Source: a virus. Taken from it: a DNA stretch of 64,000 bases. Location: positions 11,938-75,937 of the IMG/VR virus record IMGVR_UViG_3300034524_000011; one strand, 5' to 3'. The notes below the pieces were generated by a model that was not told the DNA's origin, did no database searches, and saw nothing but the letters and a program-made list of their open reading frames with translations. Shown one piece after another: positions 26,602-36,517 of this stretch. The position numbers were made by a program, and so were the translations under genes. Positions within the stretch are counted from its first letter, which is position 1; each line of letters starts with the position of its first letter.

Positions 26602-26614
26602 CATCAAGCCGTAA
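26384..26614 (+). CDS. Cro-like XRE regulator
   Basis: LREYRESKGVTQTHIAKKTG...ISALEIG HTH. Confidence 0.85.
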   Translation: MKPMHQRLREYRESKGVTQTHIAKKTGKSVQRISALEIGAIRLTVDEFEELCVNGYEVNPAIFFTDQFSKNENIKP

Positions 26615-26673
26615 TATCCCCAATATTGAGAATCTTTATGCATCAATTATATTGCAGGGAGGTGACCAAATAT

Positions 26674-27153
26674 ATGGCCAAAAAGGCTACGAAAGCCGCA
26701 GATAACATTTTTTACAAAGCACGAATGGAAGCAGCAGCGTGCAACGACAGATTAAGCAGCCGCGAAGGAGCAGCTGAACAGCTCGGAATTGACCGTACCA
26801 GGCTTGCACGAATAGAACTCGGTAGCCTTAACCCATATCCGGAGGAAGTTCTTTTAATGAGCGACGCATACAACGCCCCGGAGCTGAACAACTATTTTTG
26901 TTCGAAAATGTGTCCACTCGGAAAAGAGACGATACCGACAGCAGAACTTCTTCACTTGGACAGGCTCACGATCAGGATCTTGACAGCATTGGGAAATACA
27001 GAGTTCATCCAGAGGACTATCCTCGAGATAGTGAAAGACGGGGTTATTTCAGACGATGAGCAACCGCGGGTTGAGCAAATACTCACAGCACTTGAAAATG
27101 TCTCAAAGGCAGCATTAGAGATGAAGTTGTGGGTAGAGAAAAACTTAAGGTAA
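26674..27153 (+). CDS. XRE-HTH phage regulator (CII-like position)
   Basis: SREGAAEQLGIDRTRLARIELG HTH; GGAGGTG RBS. Confidence 0.75.
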   Translation: MAKKATKAADNIFYKARMEAAACNDRLSSREGAAEQLGIDRTRLARIELGSLNPYPEEVLLMSDAYNAPELNNYFCSKMCPLGKETIPTAELLHLDRLTIRILTALGNTEFIQRTILEIVKDGVISDDEQPRVEQILTALENVSKAALEMKLWVEKNLR

Positions 27154-27167
27154 AGGGGGTTTTAGTG

Positions 27168-27356
27168 GTGGCAACCAGCACACAAGAGAAATCGAAGTTT
27201 GTAAAAGTAGATGAAGTAGCGGAAATGCTCGAGATTTCAAAAAGCCATGCATATAAAATCATCCGGCAGCTCAACGAGGAACTGAAGAAACAAGGCAAGA
27301 TCACAAACGCCGGCAGAGTTTCACGCCGGTACCTGGAGGAAAGGCTCTACTGTTGA
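27168..27356 (+). CDS. Excisionase-like winged-HTH protein
   Basis: VDEVAEMLEISKSHAYKIIRQLN...GRVSRRY. Confidence 0.7.
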   Translation: MATSTQEKSKFVKVDEVAEMLEISKSHAYKIIRQLNEELKKQGKITNAGRVSRRYLEERLYC

Positions 27357-27374
27357 GCTTACGGAGGACAAGCC

Positions 27375-28058
27375 ATGAAGCATTTCAGGAGAACAACAAC
27401 CTTGATAATTGCCACGACAATAGTTTTCACAGGCAAAATAATGCTCGACTTGAACGCCGGAGGCCAGGAGGCACAAACCACATCCAGCGCGGTCGAGCCT
27501 GTACATACACAACAGCTCGAACCAGAGCCGACCATAGCAGCGATGATGGTAATCACTCCAAGCCCGACACCGGAACCGGAAGAGGATCCGGAACCACAGG
27601 TCAGATTTTACGACATCCCGCTTTCACGAGAGCTCCAGGAATACACCTTCAGGCTTTGCGAAGAGAACGGCCTGGATTACGAGATGGTCCTGGCATTGAT
27701 GGACCAGGAGAGCGACTACCGGGAGAAGGTAATCAGCAAGACCAATGATTACGGCATCATGCAGATCAACGAGATCAACCACGAATGGCTCAAAGAGGAA
27801 CTGGGAATAGACGACTTTCTGGAAGCAAAGCAGAACATTCGCGCAGGGATAAGGATCCTGGCAGAATTGACGGCAAAATACGAAGATCCGCACCTGGTAT
27901 TGATGGCTTACAACTGCGGAGAGAGTGGAGCCAAAAGGCTCTGGAAACAAGGTAAAACTACGAGCGAATACAGCCGGTCGATAATGGCCAGAGCTGAAGA
28001 ATTAAGAAAGGAGGCAGAGCAATGTCAACAGTATGCGGTAAATGCCAACGCCCACTAA
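27375..28058 (+). CDS. Membrane-anchored or secreted lytic transglycosylase (SLT domain)
   Basis: N-terminal hydrophobic segment, Pro/Glu linker, ALMDQES, YGIMQIN, LMAYNCG. Confidence 0.88.
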   Translation: MKHFRRTTTLIIATTIVFTGKIMLDLNAGGQEAQTTSSAVEPVHTQQLEPEPTIAAMMVITPSPTPEPEEDPEPQVRFYDIPLSRELQEYTFRLCEENGLDYEMVLALMDQESDYREKVISKTNDYGIMQINEINHEWLKEELGIDDFLEAKQNIRAGIRILAELTAKYEDPHLVLMAYNCGESGAKRLWKQGKTTSEYSRSIMARAEELRKEAEQCQQYAVNANAH

Positions 28059-28171
28059 AAGACCCGAAGAGCATAGAGCGCGGGTACGGGCCGGACTGCT
28101 GGAGAGAGATCAAAGCCAAGAGGGCCGAAGAGGAAGAGGCCAAAGAAAACGAAGAGGAGGCAGAGAAATGA
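28022..28171 (+). CDS. Small Zn-finger protein (DUF6011-like)
   Basis: CGKCQRPLKDPKSIERGYGPDC; AGGAGG RBS; not in the ORF track. Confidence 0.7.
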   Translation: MSTVCGKCQRPLKDPKSIERGYGPDCWREIKAKRAEEEEAKENEEEAEK

Positions 28172-28458
28172 GGTCAGATTTCACCTACCACACCAGGGAA
28201 GTTAATGGGACAAGCGTCCTGGTAATCATCGATTTAGACCGAGGCGGGATGAGCGTCACCAACAACGTAGAGGCAGTAGTTAAAAGCATAGCAGCAGAGC
28301 TCGGAGAGGACATCTACAAAAGGCCCATCATCTACAAGGACAGCATGGGGATTTATGACGGCATAGACGGCACCAACCTGGCGAGCCCCTTCTACCACAT
28401 AGGCGAGACGGACGAGGCCAGGGTAGCGGCAAAAGCAGCGGAAAGGACAAGGAGGTAG
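28168..28458 (+). CDS. Hypothetical protein
   Basis: RBS and ATGA overlap. Confidence 0.65.
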   Translation: MRSDFTYHTREVNGTSVLVIIDLDRGGMSVTNNVEAVVKSIAAELGEDIYKRPIIYKDSMGIYDGIDGTNLASPFYHIGETDEARVAAKAAERTRR

Positions 28459-28460
28459 AC

Positions 28461-28598
28461 ATGAGTTATTTCTGGACTTGTGAGGTCTGCGGCGCCAGCC
28501 TGGATCCAGGCGAAAAGTGCGACTGCAGCAAAGAACAACAGAAAACGCCAGAACCGGCGGAAGCAAAGGGGGAAGAGGAATGCAAGAAAACAGCTTAA
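28461..28598 (+). CDS. Small Cys-rich protein
   Basis: CEVCGASLDPGEKCDC; AGGAGGT RBS; not in the ORF track. Confidence 0.65.
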   Translation: MSYFWTCEVCGASLDPGEKCDCSKEQQKTPEPAEAKGEEECKKTA

Positions 28599-28837
28599 AA
28601 ACCAACATCATCAAGCTGCGCTTCATCAGAAACGGCCAGCCACAGGGAAGGGAATACACCTACTACACACCGGTAGAGGTCGCGGTAGGAGACATAGTAG
28701 AGATTGAAGCCAGGGAAGGCATAGCCAAGGGAATAGTAACCCAGGTAAACGTACCGGAGGAAGAAATAGCGCCTTTCAAGGACAGAGCAAAGTCCATCAT
28801 CGGAAAGGCCCAGGTCGAGGAGGTCGCAGCGCAATGA
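28580..28837 (+). CDS. Hypothetical protein
   Basis: GREYTY...VAVGDIV. Confidence 0.65.
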   Translation: MQENSLKTNIIKLRFIRNGQPQGREYTYYTPVEVAVGDIVEIEAREGIAKGIVTQVNVPEEEIAPFKDRAKSIIGKAQVEEVAAQ

Positions 28838-29133
28838 ACAACAGGATAAAGAAAAAGCCCCTTCGGTTAGGAAGGAGCATAAGAGCAGGAATCAAGATAG
28901 GAGTTCTCATTTTGACGGCCATGAGCACCGTCGAAATCGCCAAGATGGCCTGGGAGACATACCAGAGCAGGACCGGAGCTCCAGGCGGTGAGATTTTGGT
29001 ATTGCCGATGATGATCCTGCTTTTTTATACAGGATGGACAGCAAGAGGAGAATGGATAGATTTCAAAAGAGCCTTTAGAGAAGCGGAAAGGAGAGAATAC
29101 CATGCAAGCGACAATCCAGCTTATAAGGGATGA
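28834..29133 (+). CDS. Hypothetical membrane protein
   Basis: Two hydrophobic segments. Confidence 0.6.
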   Translation: MNNRIKKKPLRLGRSIRAGIKIGVLILTAMSTVEIAKMAWETYQSRTGAPGGEILVLPMMILLFYTGWTARGEWIDFKRAFREAERREYHASDNPAYKG

Positions 29134-29509
29134 AGCAGCCTTATTCCTTGGGAGAAGACCAACAGATGAAGAAATGAAGTGGGCGCTTCCCAGGGCCAAG
29201 AAGAAACTCACCTGGATCATCGAGAGAGAAGGAGACGCTGACGGCATAAGACGGCAACCCTGGTACCTTGGAAAGCTGGTAGAAGAGGTAATCGTGGAAG
29301 AGGAATTCTCACAGTATACCCTTGCAAGATGCATGGAGATTGAAGCGCAGAGACAGGCTGCAGCTTCCGGGGAAAAAGAAAAAGGCCATCCTTTAACGGA
29401 CGACCCAACCACGCTCCCATTATATCCCAGGGAGATGCAGTTTGTCAATCCAACCCAAAACTATGAAACGAGGAGGATGACAAATGAAGCTGTTAACATT
29501 GAAACTTGA
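29102..29509 (+). CDS. Hypothetical protein
   Basis: ORF in the early operon. Confidence 0.6.
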   Translation: MQATIQLIRDEAALFLGRRPTDEEMKWALPRAKKKLTWIIEREGDADGIRRQPWYLGKLVEEVIVEEEFSQYTLARCMEIEAQRQAAASGEKEKGHPLTDDPTTLPLYPREMQFVNPTQNYETRRMTNEAVNIET

Positions 29510-31460
29510 GAATTTTCAGGGACTGAAAGCAGAGGAATTCAATTTCAACGGCCACAGTGCCAGCATTTACGGAGACAACGCCACAGGAAAGACGACAGTA
29601 TTCAACGCTATAACCTGGCTACTTTTTGGAAAGGCCAGCACAGGAGCAAAGAACTTCACACCAAAGACCAAAGGTCCTGACGGAGACCTTCACTACCTGG
29701 ACCACGCAGCAGAGGCAACATTCAAGCTGCAGGATGGCCGGGTAATAACCCTCCGCAAGGTTTTCCACGAGGTCTACAAGAAAAAACGCGGATCGGCCAC
29801 AGAAGAGTTTGACGGCCATACCATAGACTTTTATATCGACGGCGTGCCAACCAAGGAGAAGGAATACGAAGCAACCATGCTTTCACTTTGCGGCGGCAGC
29901 GTCGAGAAAATGAAGATGCTGACCATGCCGAACTACTTCCCGGAAGAGATGAGCTGGGACGCCAGGAGAAAGATCCTGCTGGAGATTTGCGGGGACGTTT
30001 CAGACGAGGACGTAATCAACAGCACATCGGAGCTCAAAGACCTTCCAAAATTCCTTCTGAAGCCAGGAACCACTAATCAATACTACGATGTGGACGAATA
30101 CAAGAAGATAGCCAGCGCCAAAAAGTCCGAAATCAATAAACAGCTTCAGGAGATACCCGGCCGCATCGATGAGGCCCGGAGAGCAATACCTGACATCACC
30201 GGCCTTGACCCGAAAGCCATAGACCAGAAGATCCAGGAGCTCAATAAACAGAAGAGTGAACTCGAAATGGAAAAGGCTCAGGCCTTAAGCGGAGACCTTA
30301 CAACAATGGCCATCAGAAAACAAATATCCGAGGCCAATACCAGGCTTGCAGAAGCCAGGGCAGCATACGCTGCTAAAACAAGTAGCCTGAACGAAGGAAC
30401 ATACGCAGCAATAAACAGCCTGAAAAGAGATCAGATAACAGTAACAAACCGTATCCAGGACGCAAAAGCAGACCTGGAGAGAACCCAAAGGACCATAGAA
30501 AGGCTCAAGAGCCACAGGGAGAGCTTAATCAACGATTACATGGCCATACAGAAGGAGACCTGGGACGAAAGCAAGGAAACCTGCCCGACCTGCCACAGGC
30601 CACTTCCGGAAGAGGAAATCCAGAAGCTCCGCGAGGCATTCAACCTGCAGAAGAGCAGACGCCTGGAGCAGATAAACCTTCAGGGCCAGCGCGAATGCAG
30701 CAAGGAGATGATCACCGAGCTGGAGGAAAAGGCCAACACATTAAGAGAGCAGATCAAGAAGGATGAGCAGCTTATAGAAGACTACGAACTGCAGCTCAAG
30801 GCTTTGCAGAGCCAGCTCAAGACGCCGGCGCCTTTCGAGAGCACCGAAGAATACGCCCAGATAATGGCCGAGATTGCCAAACTTCGCGAAGAGGAAAACA
30901 ACAAGAGCGGCCAAATGGAAGCAATAGCAGCCAAATACACAGAGCAGATCCAGGCCCTGAACGAACAGATCAGAGAGCAGGAACAGCTCAAGACCAAGAT
31001 ATTCATAGCAGAGAGCCAGAAGGAGAGAATCGCAGAGCTGGCCGCCAAGGAAAAGGAGCTTTCAAAGCAGTACGAGGAGCTGGAGAGAGGCATCTACCTC
31101 TGCGAAGTGTTCACAAAGACCAAGGTAAGCCTCCTGGACGACAAGATAAACAGCAAGTTCAAGAGTGTACGCTTCAGACTTTTTCAGGAGCAGCTTAACG
31201 GCGGGATCAAGGACGACTGCGAAGTCATGATACCTACCGAAGACGGCAGGATGGTACCTTTCACCTTTGCAAACAATGCGGCCAGAATAAACGCCGGCCT
31301 GGAGATCATCGACACCTTGTCGAAGCACTGGAACCTGGCAATGCCGGTATTCATAGACAACGCCGAGAGCGTGACCAGGCTCCTGAAGATGGACACCCAG
31401 GTAATACGCCTGGTAGTTTCAGAGCCGGACAAGAAGCTCCGACTGGAGGTGGACGCATGA
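29484..31460 (+). CDS. SMC/Rad50-like AAA ATPase
   Basis: Walker A GDNATGKT, long coiled coil with CPTC hook, Walker B VFIDNAE. Confidence 0.9.
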   Translation: MKLLTLKLENFQGLKAEEFNFNGHSASIYGDNATGKTTVFNAITWLLFGKASTGAKNFTPKTKGPDGDLHYLDHAAEATFKLQDGRVITLRKVFHEVYKKKRGSATEEFDGHTIDFYIDGVPTKEKEYEATMLSLCGGSVEKMKMLTMPNYFPEEMSWDARRKILLEICGDVSDEDVINSTSELKDLPKFLLKPGTTNQYYDVDEYKKIASAKKSEINKQLQEIPGRIDEARRAIPDITGLDPKAIDQKIQELNKQKSELEMEKAQALSGDLTTMAIRKQISEANTRLAEARAAYAAKTSSLNEGTYAAINSLKRDQITVTNRIQDAKADLERTQRTIERLKSHRESLINDYMAIQKETWDESKETCPTCHRPLPEEEIQKLREAFNLQKSRRLEQINLQGQRECSKEMITELEEKANTLREQIKKDEQLIEDYELQLKALQSQLKTPAPFESTEEYAQIMAEIAKLREEENNKSGQMEAIAAKYTEQIQALNEQIREQEQLKTKIFIAESQKERIAELAAKEKELSKQYEELERGIYLCEVFTKTKVSLLDDKINSKFKSVRFRLFQEQLNGGIKDDCEVMIPTEDGRMVPFTFANNAARINAGLEIIDTLSKHWNLAMPVFIDNAESVTRLLKMDTQVIRLVVSEPDKKLRLEVDA

Positions 31461-31723
31461 AAAAGATAACCACGGCCACAGGATACATCGCATACGAGGC
31501 CACAAAGGAAGAAATTCAGCTTTTAGGTGGATACGGAATATGCGATGAGTGTGGAGAGGACACAGAAAAAGGCTACCTGGTACCGGTTTTGAACCACTAC
31601 CAGTGCCCGGAATGCTTCGAATCCTGGAGCAAAACAGCCAGGTATTACCCGGAAGACATCCCGATTCAAGACAGAAGAGCAGCCTACTATGAGCGCATGA
31701 TACCGCTCACAAATCAAAATTAA
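31457..31723 (+). CDS. Hypothetical Zn-binding protein
   Basis: CDEC...CPEC. Confidence 0.65.
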   Translation: MKKITTATGYIAYEATKEEIQLLGGYGICDECGEDTEKGYLVPVLNHYQCPECFESWSKTARYYPEDIPIQDRRAAYYERMIPLTNQN

Positions 31724-31743
31724 GGAGTTAAGGAGGAATTCAC

Positions 31744-32889
31744 ATGTCTACAACCACAAGCGCAAAGAATCAGAAACCTGCAGTTCAGAACCAGAACCAA
31801 GCCACAAATCAGAACCATGGAGCTCTGCAGCCTGCAGAGAACCAGCAGCTCACAATGAGCGAGCGCTTCACGAACCTGGTGCTCCGCGAATTTGGCAGCA
31901 ACGTAGCCGGAGCGCTTCAGGTGTCAGAGTACCAGAAGAGACTGATCCAGGGATACTTCATAGCAATTGACAGGGCCTTAAAGATGGCCGAGGAGACCAG
32001 GATCCGCAAGAACGAGGCCAACAAGGACCACAAATACGATAACAACCTGCCAGTAACATGGAATAACGTCAACCTTAATGACCTGGCCCTCGATGTAGTG
32101 CACTACGCCAAGATGGGCCTGGACATGATGATGGATAATCACCTTTTCCCAATCCCCTACAAGAACAATAAGACTAACAAATACGACGTCACCCTCATGC
32201 CTGGATATAACGGGATCCAGTACATCGCCGAGAAATACGCGGTAGAAAAGCCCAAGGCAGTAACCATCGAGCTTGTTTATAGCACCGACACCTTCAAACC
32301 AATCAAGAAGAGCAAGGACAACCAGGTGGAGAGTTACATCTTTGAGATCAATAACCCCTTTGACAGAGGCGAAATCGTCGGCGGCTTCGGATACATCGAA
32401 TACGAGGACCCGGTCAAAAACAAGCTGATAATCATGACCAGGAAGGACATCGAGAAGCGCAAACCGGCATACGCAGCAGCGGAATTCTGGGGAGGAACCA
32501 CCAAGGTATGGGAAAACGGCAAACAGGTAGAGAAGGAGACTGATGGCTGGTTTGAAGAGATGTGCCTGAAGACCATTAAGCGCGAAGTATATAGTGCAAA
32601 ACACATCCCAAGAGACCCACAGAAGATCGACGAGAACTACCAGTACATGAAGATGCGTGAGGCCAGATATGCGGAGCTTGAGGCCCAGGCGGAAATTGAC
32701 GGATATGCCAACGCCATAGTCATAGACACCACACCAACCACACCAGAGGAACCAAAACAGCTACAAAGTCCACAGGCTGACCCGGAGACAGGAGAGGTTA
32801 TAGAGCAGCCATCAGCACAGCCAACACAGAAGGCCGGCATAGAAGAACCGGCCAGACAGCAAACCATCTTTGAAGGGCCGAACTTCTAA
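31744..32889 (+). CDS. recT: RecT/Red-beta-like single-strand annealing protein
   Basis: GYNGIQY, FDRGEIVGGFGY, EEMCLKT, DPETGEV. Confidence 0.8.
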   Translation: MSTTTSAKNQKPAVQNQNQATNQNHGALQPAENQQLTMSERFTNLVLREFGSNVAGALQVSEYQKRLIQGYFIAIDRALKMAEETRIRKNEANKDHKYDNNLPVTWNNVNLNDLALDVVHYAKMGLDMMMDNHLFPIPYKNNKTNKYDVTLMPGYNGIQYIAEKYAVEKPKAVTIELVYSTDTFKPIKKSKDNQVESYIFEINNPFDRGEIVGGFGYIEYEDPVKNKLIIMTRKDIEKRKPAYAAAEFWGGTTKVWENGKQVEKETDGWFEEMCLKTIKREVYSAKHIPRDPQKIDENYQYMKMREARYAELEAQAEIDGYANAIVIDTTPTTPEEPKQLQSPQADPETGEVIEQPSAQPTQKAGIEEPARQQTIFEGPNF

Positions 32890-33590
32890 TGGATATCAAG
32901 ATTTTAGCCTCCAGCAGCGCTGGGAACGCCTATCGCATAAGCGACGGCCGAACCAGCCTGCTGCTGGATGCCGGCATACCAATCAAGGCAATACAGGTCG
33001 GATGTGGCTTCAAGGTGACGCAAATGGATGGCTGCTTTGTGTCACACAGCCACAAGGACCACAGTAAGGCCGCCAGGGACCTTGCAAAGCTCGGCGTGGA
33101 CATTTACACCAGCAAGGGGACAATCGAAGCGTGTGGCCTTTCAGGGCACCGAATACACGCGATAAAAGCCCTTCAGGAGCTGACGGTAGGAACCTTTAAG
33201 GTTTTACCTTTCGATGTGCAGCACGACGCGCCAGAGCCGCTGGGATTTCTTTTTACATCGACCTTTTCAGGAGAAAAGCTCCTATACTTCACGGACACGT
33301 ACTACATAAAGTACAAGTTCCAGGGATTGACCCATATCATGGCGGAGTGTAACTACGACACAGAGACCCTTCAGAGAAGCGTAGAAGCCGGATATATACC
33401 AATAGAGCTGGTACCAAGGCTGGTAAAAAGCCACATGAGCCTTGAACACTTCCTGGACCTGCTAAAAGCCAACGATTTAAGCAAGGTAAAGCAGATATAC
33501 CTTCTGCACTTAAGCAACAACAACAGCGACGAGAAGCGGTTCAAGGAGGCAGTTCAGAAACTCACCGGTGCCGAAGTGTACGTTTGCTAA
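32889..33590 (+). CDS. Metallo-beta-lactamase-fold hydrolase (putative exonuclease partner of RecT)
   Basis: SSSAGN, LLDAG, SHSHKDH, HD, TDT, HLS motifs. Confidence 0.88.
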   Translation: MDIKILASSSAGNAYRISDGRTSLLLDAGIPIKAIQVGCGFKVTQMDGCFVSHSHKDHSKAARDLAKLGVDIYTSKGTIEACGLSGHRIHAIKALQELTVGTFKVLPFDVQHDAPEPLGFLFTSTFSGEKLLYFTDTYYIKYKFQGLTHIMAECNYDTETLQRSVEAGYIPIELVPRLVKSHMSLEHFLDLLKANDLSKVKQIYLLHLSNNNSDEKRFKEAVQKLTGAEVYVC

Positions 33591-33617
33591 GTGAGGCCAA
33601 GGGGGTGACTTACACAA

Positions 33618-34487
33618 ATGGCAAGGACGAGAAGCATTAAACCTGGATTTTTTGATAACGAGATACTCGGAGACCTCCCGCCATTAACCAGGCTTTTATT
33701 CATAGGCTTATGGACCATAGCAGACAGGGAAGGGAGGCTTGAAGATAAACCAAGACGGATCAAAAAGATGTTACTGGGATACGACGACGTGGACGCAGAC
33801 GGAGTGGACAAAATGCTCCAATCCTTACACGATACAGGCTTTATTTTCAGGTACACAGTAGACGGTAACAAATACATTCAAGTGGTTAATTTCCTGAAGC
33901 ATCAAAACCCACACGTCAGGGAAAAACCGAGCGAAATACCGCCTCCACCGGACTTTATAGCAGAGCATCATGAAAGCCCGATACAAGCACCAGACTTGCA
34001 CAGTGCTGGCACAGTACAAGCCACGCCTATTACCGTTAACCTATCACCTTCTACTGGTACCCTATCACCCACTACCGATAACCCGCCAGAAGGCGAGGAC
34101 GATGTGGACGGGCCTGATGAACAGCCAAAAAAATCCTTGTTAGAGCGACGATTTGACGAGTTCTGGGCAGCTTACCCCAAGAAGGTAGGCAAGAAGGCAG
34201 CTTGGGCGGCCTGGAAAAAGGTCAAACCGGATGCAGAACTGTTTGACAAGATCATGACGGCCATAGGCAAGGCCAGAGTAACCGAACAGTGGACAAGAGA
34301 AAACGGCAGATTTATTCCGAACCCAACAACCTGGCTCAACCAGGGACGATGGGATGATGAATACGAGGAGGGACCGATAAATGGAGTCAATAGCAAGTAT
34401 TCTGACGGGTATCACCAGCAACCAGCGGCCAGCCCGCCGGGAAGCGAAGGTAAGAGAGATGCGCTTGCAGGCTTCAAACGAGCATGA
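33618..34487 (+). CDS. Phage replication initiator
   Basis: MARTRSIKPGFF...ADREGR; FDEFWAAYPKKVGK...PTTWLNQGRWDDE. Confidence 0.85.
   Translation: MARTRSIKPGFFDNEILGDLPPLTRLLFIGLWTIADREGRLEDKPRRIKKMLLGYDDVDADGVDKMLQSLHDTGFIFRYTVDGNKYIQVVNFLKHQNPHVREKPSEIPPPPDFIAEHHESPIQAPDLHSAGTVQATPITVNLSPSTGTLSPTTDNPPEGEDDVDGPDEQPKKSLLERRFDEFWAAYPKKVGKKAAWAAWKKVKPDAELFDKIMTAIGKARVTEQWTRENGRFIPNPTTWLNQGRWDDEYEEGPINGVNSKYSDGYHQQPAASPPGSEGKRDALAGFKRA
33964..34081 (+). repeat. Putative replication origin inside the initiator gene: 11-bp iterons followed by 7-bp repeats
   Basis: AGCATCATGAA/AGCCCGATACA/AGCACCAGACT/TGCACAGTGCT/GGCACAGTACA, then eight CCTAT(T/C)A-like heptads. Confidence 0.65.
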
Positions 34488-35439
34488 CCAGGAAGAGGAA
34501 GCCCAGAACAGGTTCCAGGTACGGTCTGACCAGGCCATAGCCGAAGGGTGGAGATACAACGAGGATCCGCCGGAGCCAAAGAAATGCGAATATTGCGGCA
34601 AGACCTTATACCATTTCGGACTTACAAACCCACTGCAGCATAAACAGATTTTTATGTGGATGCCCGAACCGGAGCGCTGTGACTGCAAACAGGCCCAGCA
34701 ACACTGGGCCAAGGTCGAGGCGGAAAAAAAGGCCGCAAAAGAGGAAAAGAAGCGCCGTGAGGAAGCAGAACGCCTGCAACGCAAGATAAACAAGCTGATC
34801 AAGGACAGCGGAATCAGAGGCCGGTTTTTAAACCGGACATTTGAGCGTTTCGAGGTAAACGAGGTCAACAGGAAAGCCTACGAAGTGGCCAAATATTACG
34901 CGGATAACTTCAAGGCCATGCTTCCCAGGAAGGGCCAGGACGGCATAGTAGAGCCGCCGGAGACAGAATGCAACGGCCTATTCATAACCGGCAGCTACGG
35001 TACCGGAAAAACCCACCTGGCAGCGGCCATATCGAACCAGCTGATCATGGAAGGGATACCGGTTATATGCATGACGATGATTGACCTTCTGGCCAAGATT
35101 AAACAGACATTCGACCGCAACGACGAGGCCACCGAGGCCGAAATCATGAAGATTTATGAAGAGGTGCCGCTGCTGGTCATTGACGACATAGGCAGCGAGC
35201 AGCCAACCGAATGGGGATCCACAAAGATATTCTCGATAATCAACGCCAGATACGAGGCCTACATGCCGGTCATAGTGACCACAAACTACGCCGGGGACGA
35301 GCTGGTAAGGAGAATGACACCGATAGGACCAAACGGCCGGCCATTGGACAGCAGGAACGCCGAAAAGACGCTGGACAGGCTGAAAGAGATGTGTGTAGGC
35401 ATTGAAATGAACTGGGAAAGTTGGCGGTCAAGAGGATAG
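34381..35439 (+). CDS. DnaC/IstB-like helicase loader ATPase
   Basis: GSYGTGKT, LLVIDDIG, VTTN; overlaps the initiator by 107 nt with its own GGAGG. Confidence 0.9.
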   Translation: MESIASILTGITSNQRPARREAKVREMRLQASNEHDQEEEAQNRFQVRSDQAIAEGWRYNEDPPEPKKCEYCGKTLYHFGLTNPLQHKQIFMWMPEPERCDCKQAQQHWAKVEAEKKAAKEEKKRREEAERLQRKINKLIKDSGIRGRFLNRTFERFEVNEVNRKAYEVAKYYADNFKAMLPRKGQDGIVEPPETECNGLFITGSYGTGKTHLAAAISNQLIMEGIPVICMTMIDLLAKIKQTFDRNDEATEAEIMKIYEEVPLLVIDDIGSEQPTEWGSTKIFSIINARYEAYMPVIVTTNYAGDELVRRMTPIGPNGRPLDSRNAEKTLDRLKEMCVGIEMNWESWRSRG

Positions 35440-35454
35440 AGGAGGGATGAGATC

Positions 35455-35670
35455 ATGAAAAACACATTAACGGACTTGAATAATTACCCTGATGTGAACA
35501 AAAGGAAATTGTTGGAGAAATTCTTAGAATCGAAAACTGAGGATTGTCCAGGTTGGTGCAATATGTGTGAATACGTTGAAATATGTGACACAATCGAAAG
35601 AATGTGGAGAAAGTTAAAGGAGCAGGAAGAATGGGAGAAAGATGAAGATGATGAAACAGATATTGAATGA
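35455..35670 (+). CDS. Hypothetical protein (possibly chimeric)
   Basis: RBS present; becomes AT-richer after MKNTLTDLNNY. Confidence 0.5.
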   Translation: MKNTLTDLNNYPDVNKRKLLEKFLESKTEDCPGWCNMCEYVEICDTIERMWRKLKEQEEWEKDEDDETDIE

Positions 35671-36285
35671 ATTATAACAACATCTTACACCAAAGAGCAG
35701 CTCAAATCTTACTACGGGAACCACAAGATAAGCAGCGGCCTGACCGGATACTTTCAAAAGGGCTACACGCCGGCGAACAAAGGAAAGAAAGGCTACCATG
35801 CACCAGGATGCGAGAAGGGATGGTTCAAGAAAGGGCACAAGCCCCTAAACCATAAGCCGGTAGGCAGCGAGCGAGTAGACAGAGACGGATACACCCTGGT
35901 AAAGGTAGCGGAACCGAATGTATGGGAGCCAAAGCATAAGGTGCTCTGGGAAAAGAAAAACGGGAAGGTACCGGAAGGATATGTTCTAACCTTCCTCGAC
36001 GGAGATAAAAGCAACATCACACTGGACAACCTGGCCCTCATATCGATGGCCGAATCGCTGGAAATCACAAGGTCGAACTTAAGGAGCACCAATCCGGAAT
36101 TCACAAAAACCGGCATTTTAATAGCAAAGGTTAAGATAGCCAGAAGCAAGCGGAAGCGGAAAAAGAATCTGATGGGAGGTCGAAACAATGAAGAAAAAGA
36201 GAGCATGCAGGATGACACAGGAGGAAAGAGCCATTCACAACAGAGCAGTGAGCATAAGGAAAATGACAGATGCGCAGCTTTGTGA
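35671..36285 (+). pseudogene. 5'-truncated HNH endonuclease-like gene
   Basis: Open frame (FQKG..P.NKG, PVGSER, DGY, KH..LWE, FLDGDKSN..LDNL) with no start codon or RBS after the stop at 35668-35670. Confidence 0.6.
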
Positions 36286-36517
36286 GTTTATAGACCGCAC
36301 ATACGGAAAAGGCATGGAAGAAGGAGCGAGGCTGGCACAGAGCCAGGCCAAAGCAAAACCTGAAGACGCAATCGCTCACGTTAGGAAGTTCATCGATTAC
36401 CTGACCGAGAAAACCGGCTGCGGCAACAGGATCGGCAAAGGAACCATTCTGCAGCTTAACAGAGAGCTGGAGAATGCCATCAAGAGCGGCCTGTTTTCCG
36501 GGGAGGTGAACAAATGA
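36188..36517 (+). CDS. Hypothetical protein
   Basis: GGAGGT RBS. Confidence 0.7.
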   Translation: MKKKRACRMTQEERAIHNRAVSIRKMTDAQLCEFIDRTYGKGMEEGARLAQSQAKAKPEDAIAHVRKFIDYLTEKTGCGNRIGKGTILQLNRELENAIKSGLFSGEVNK

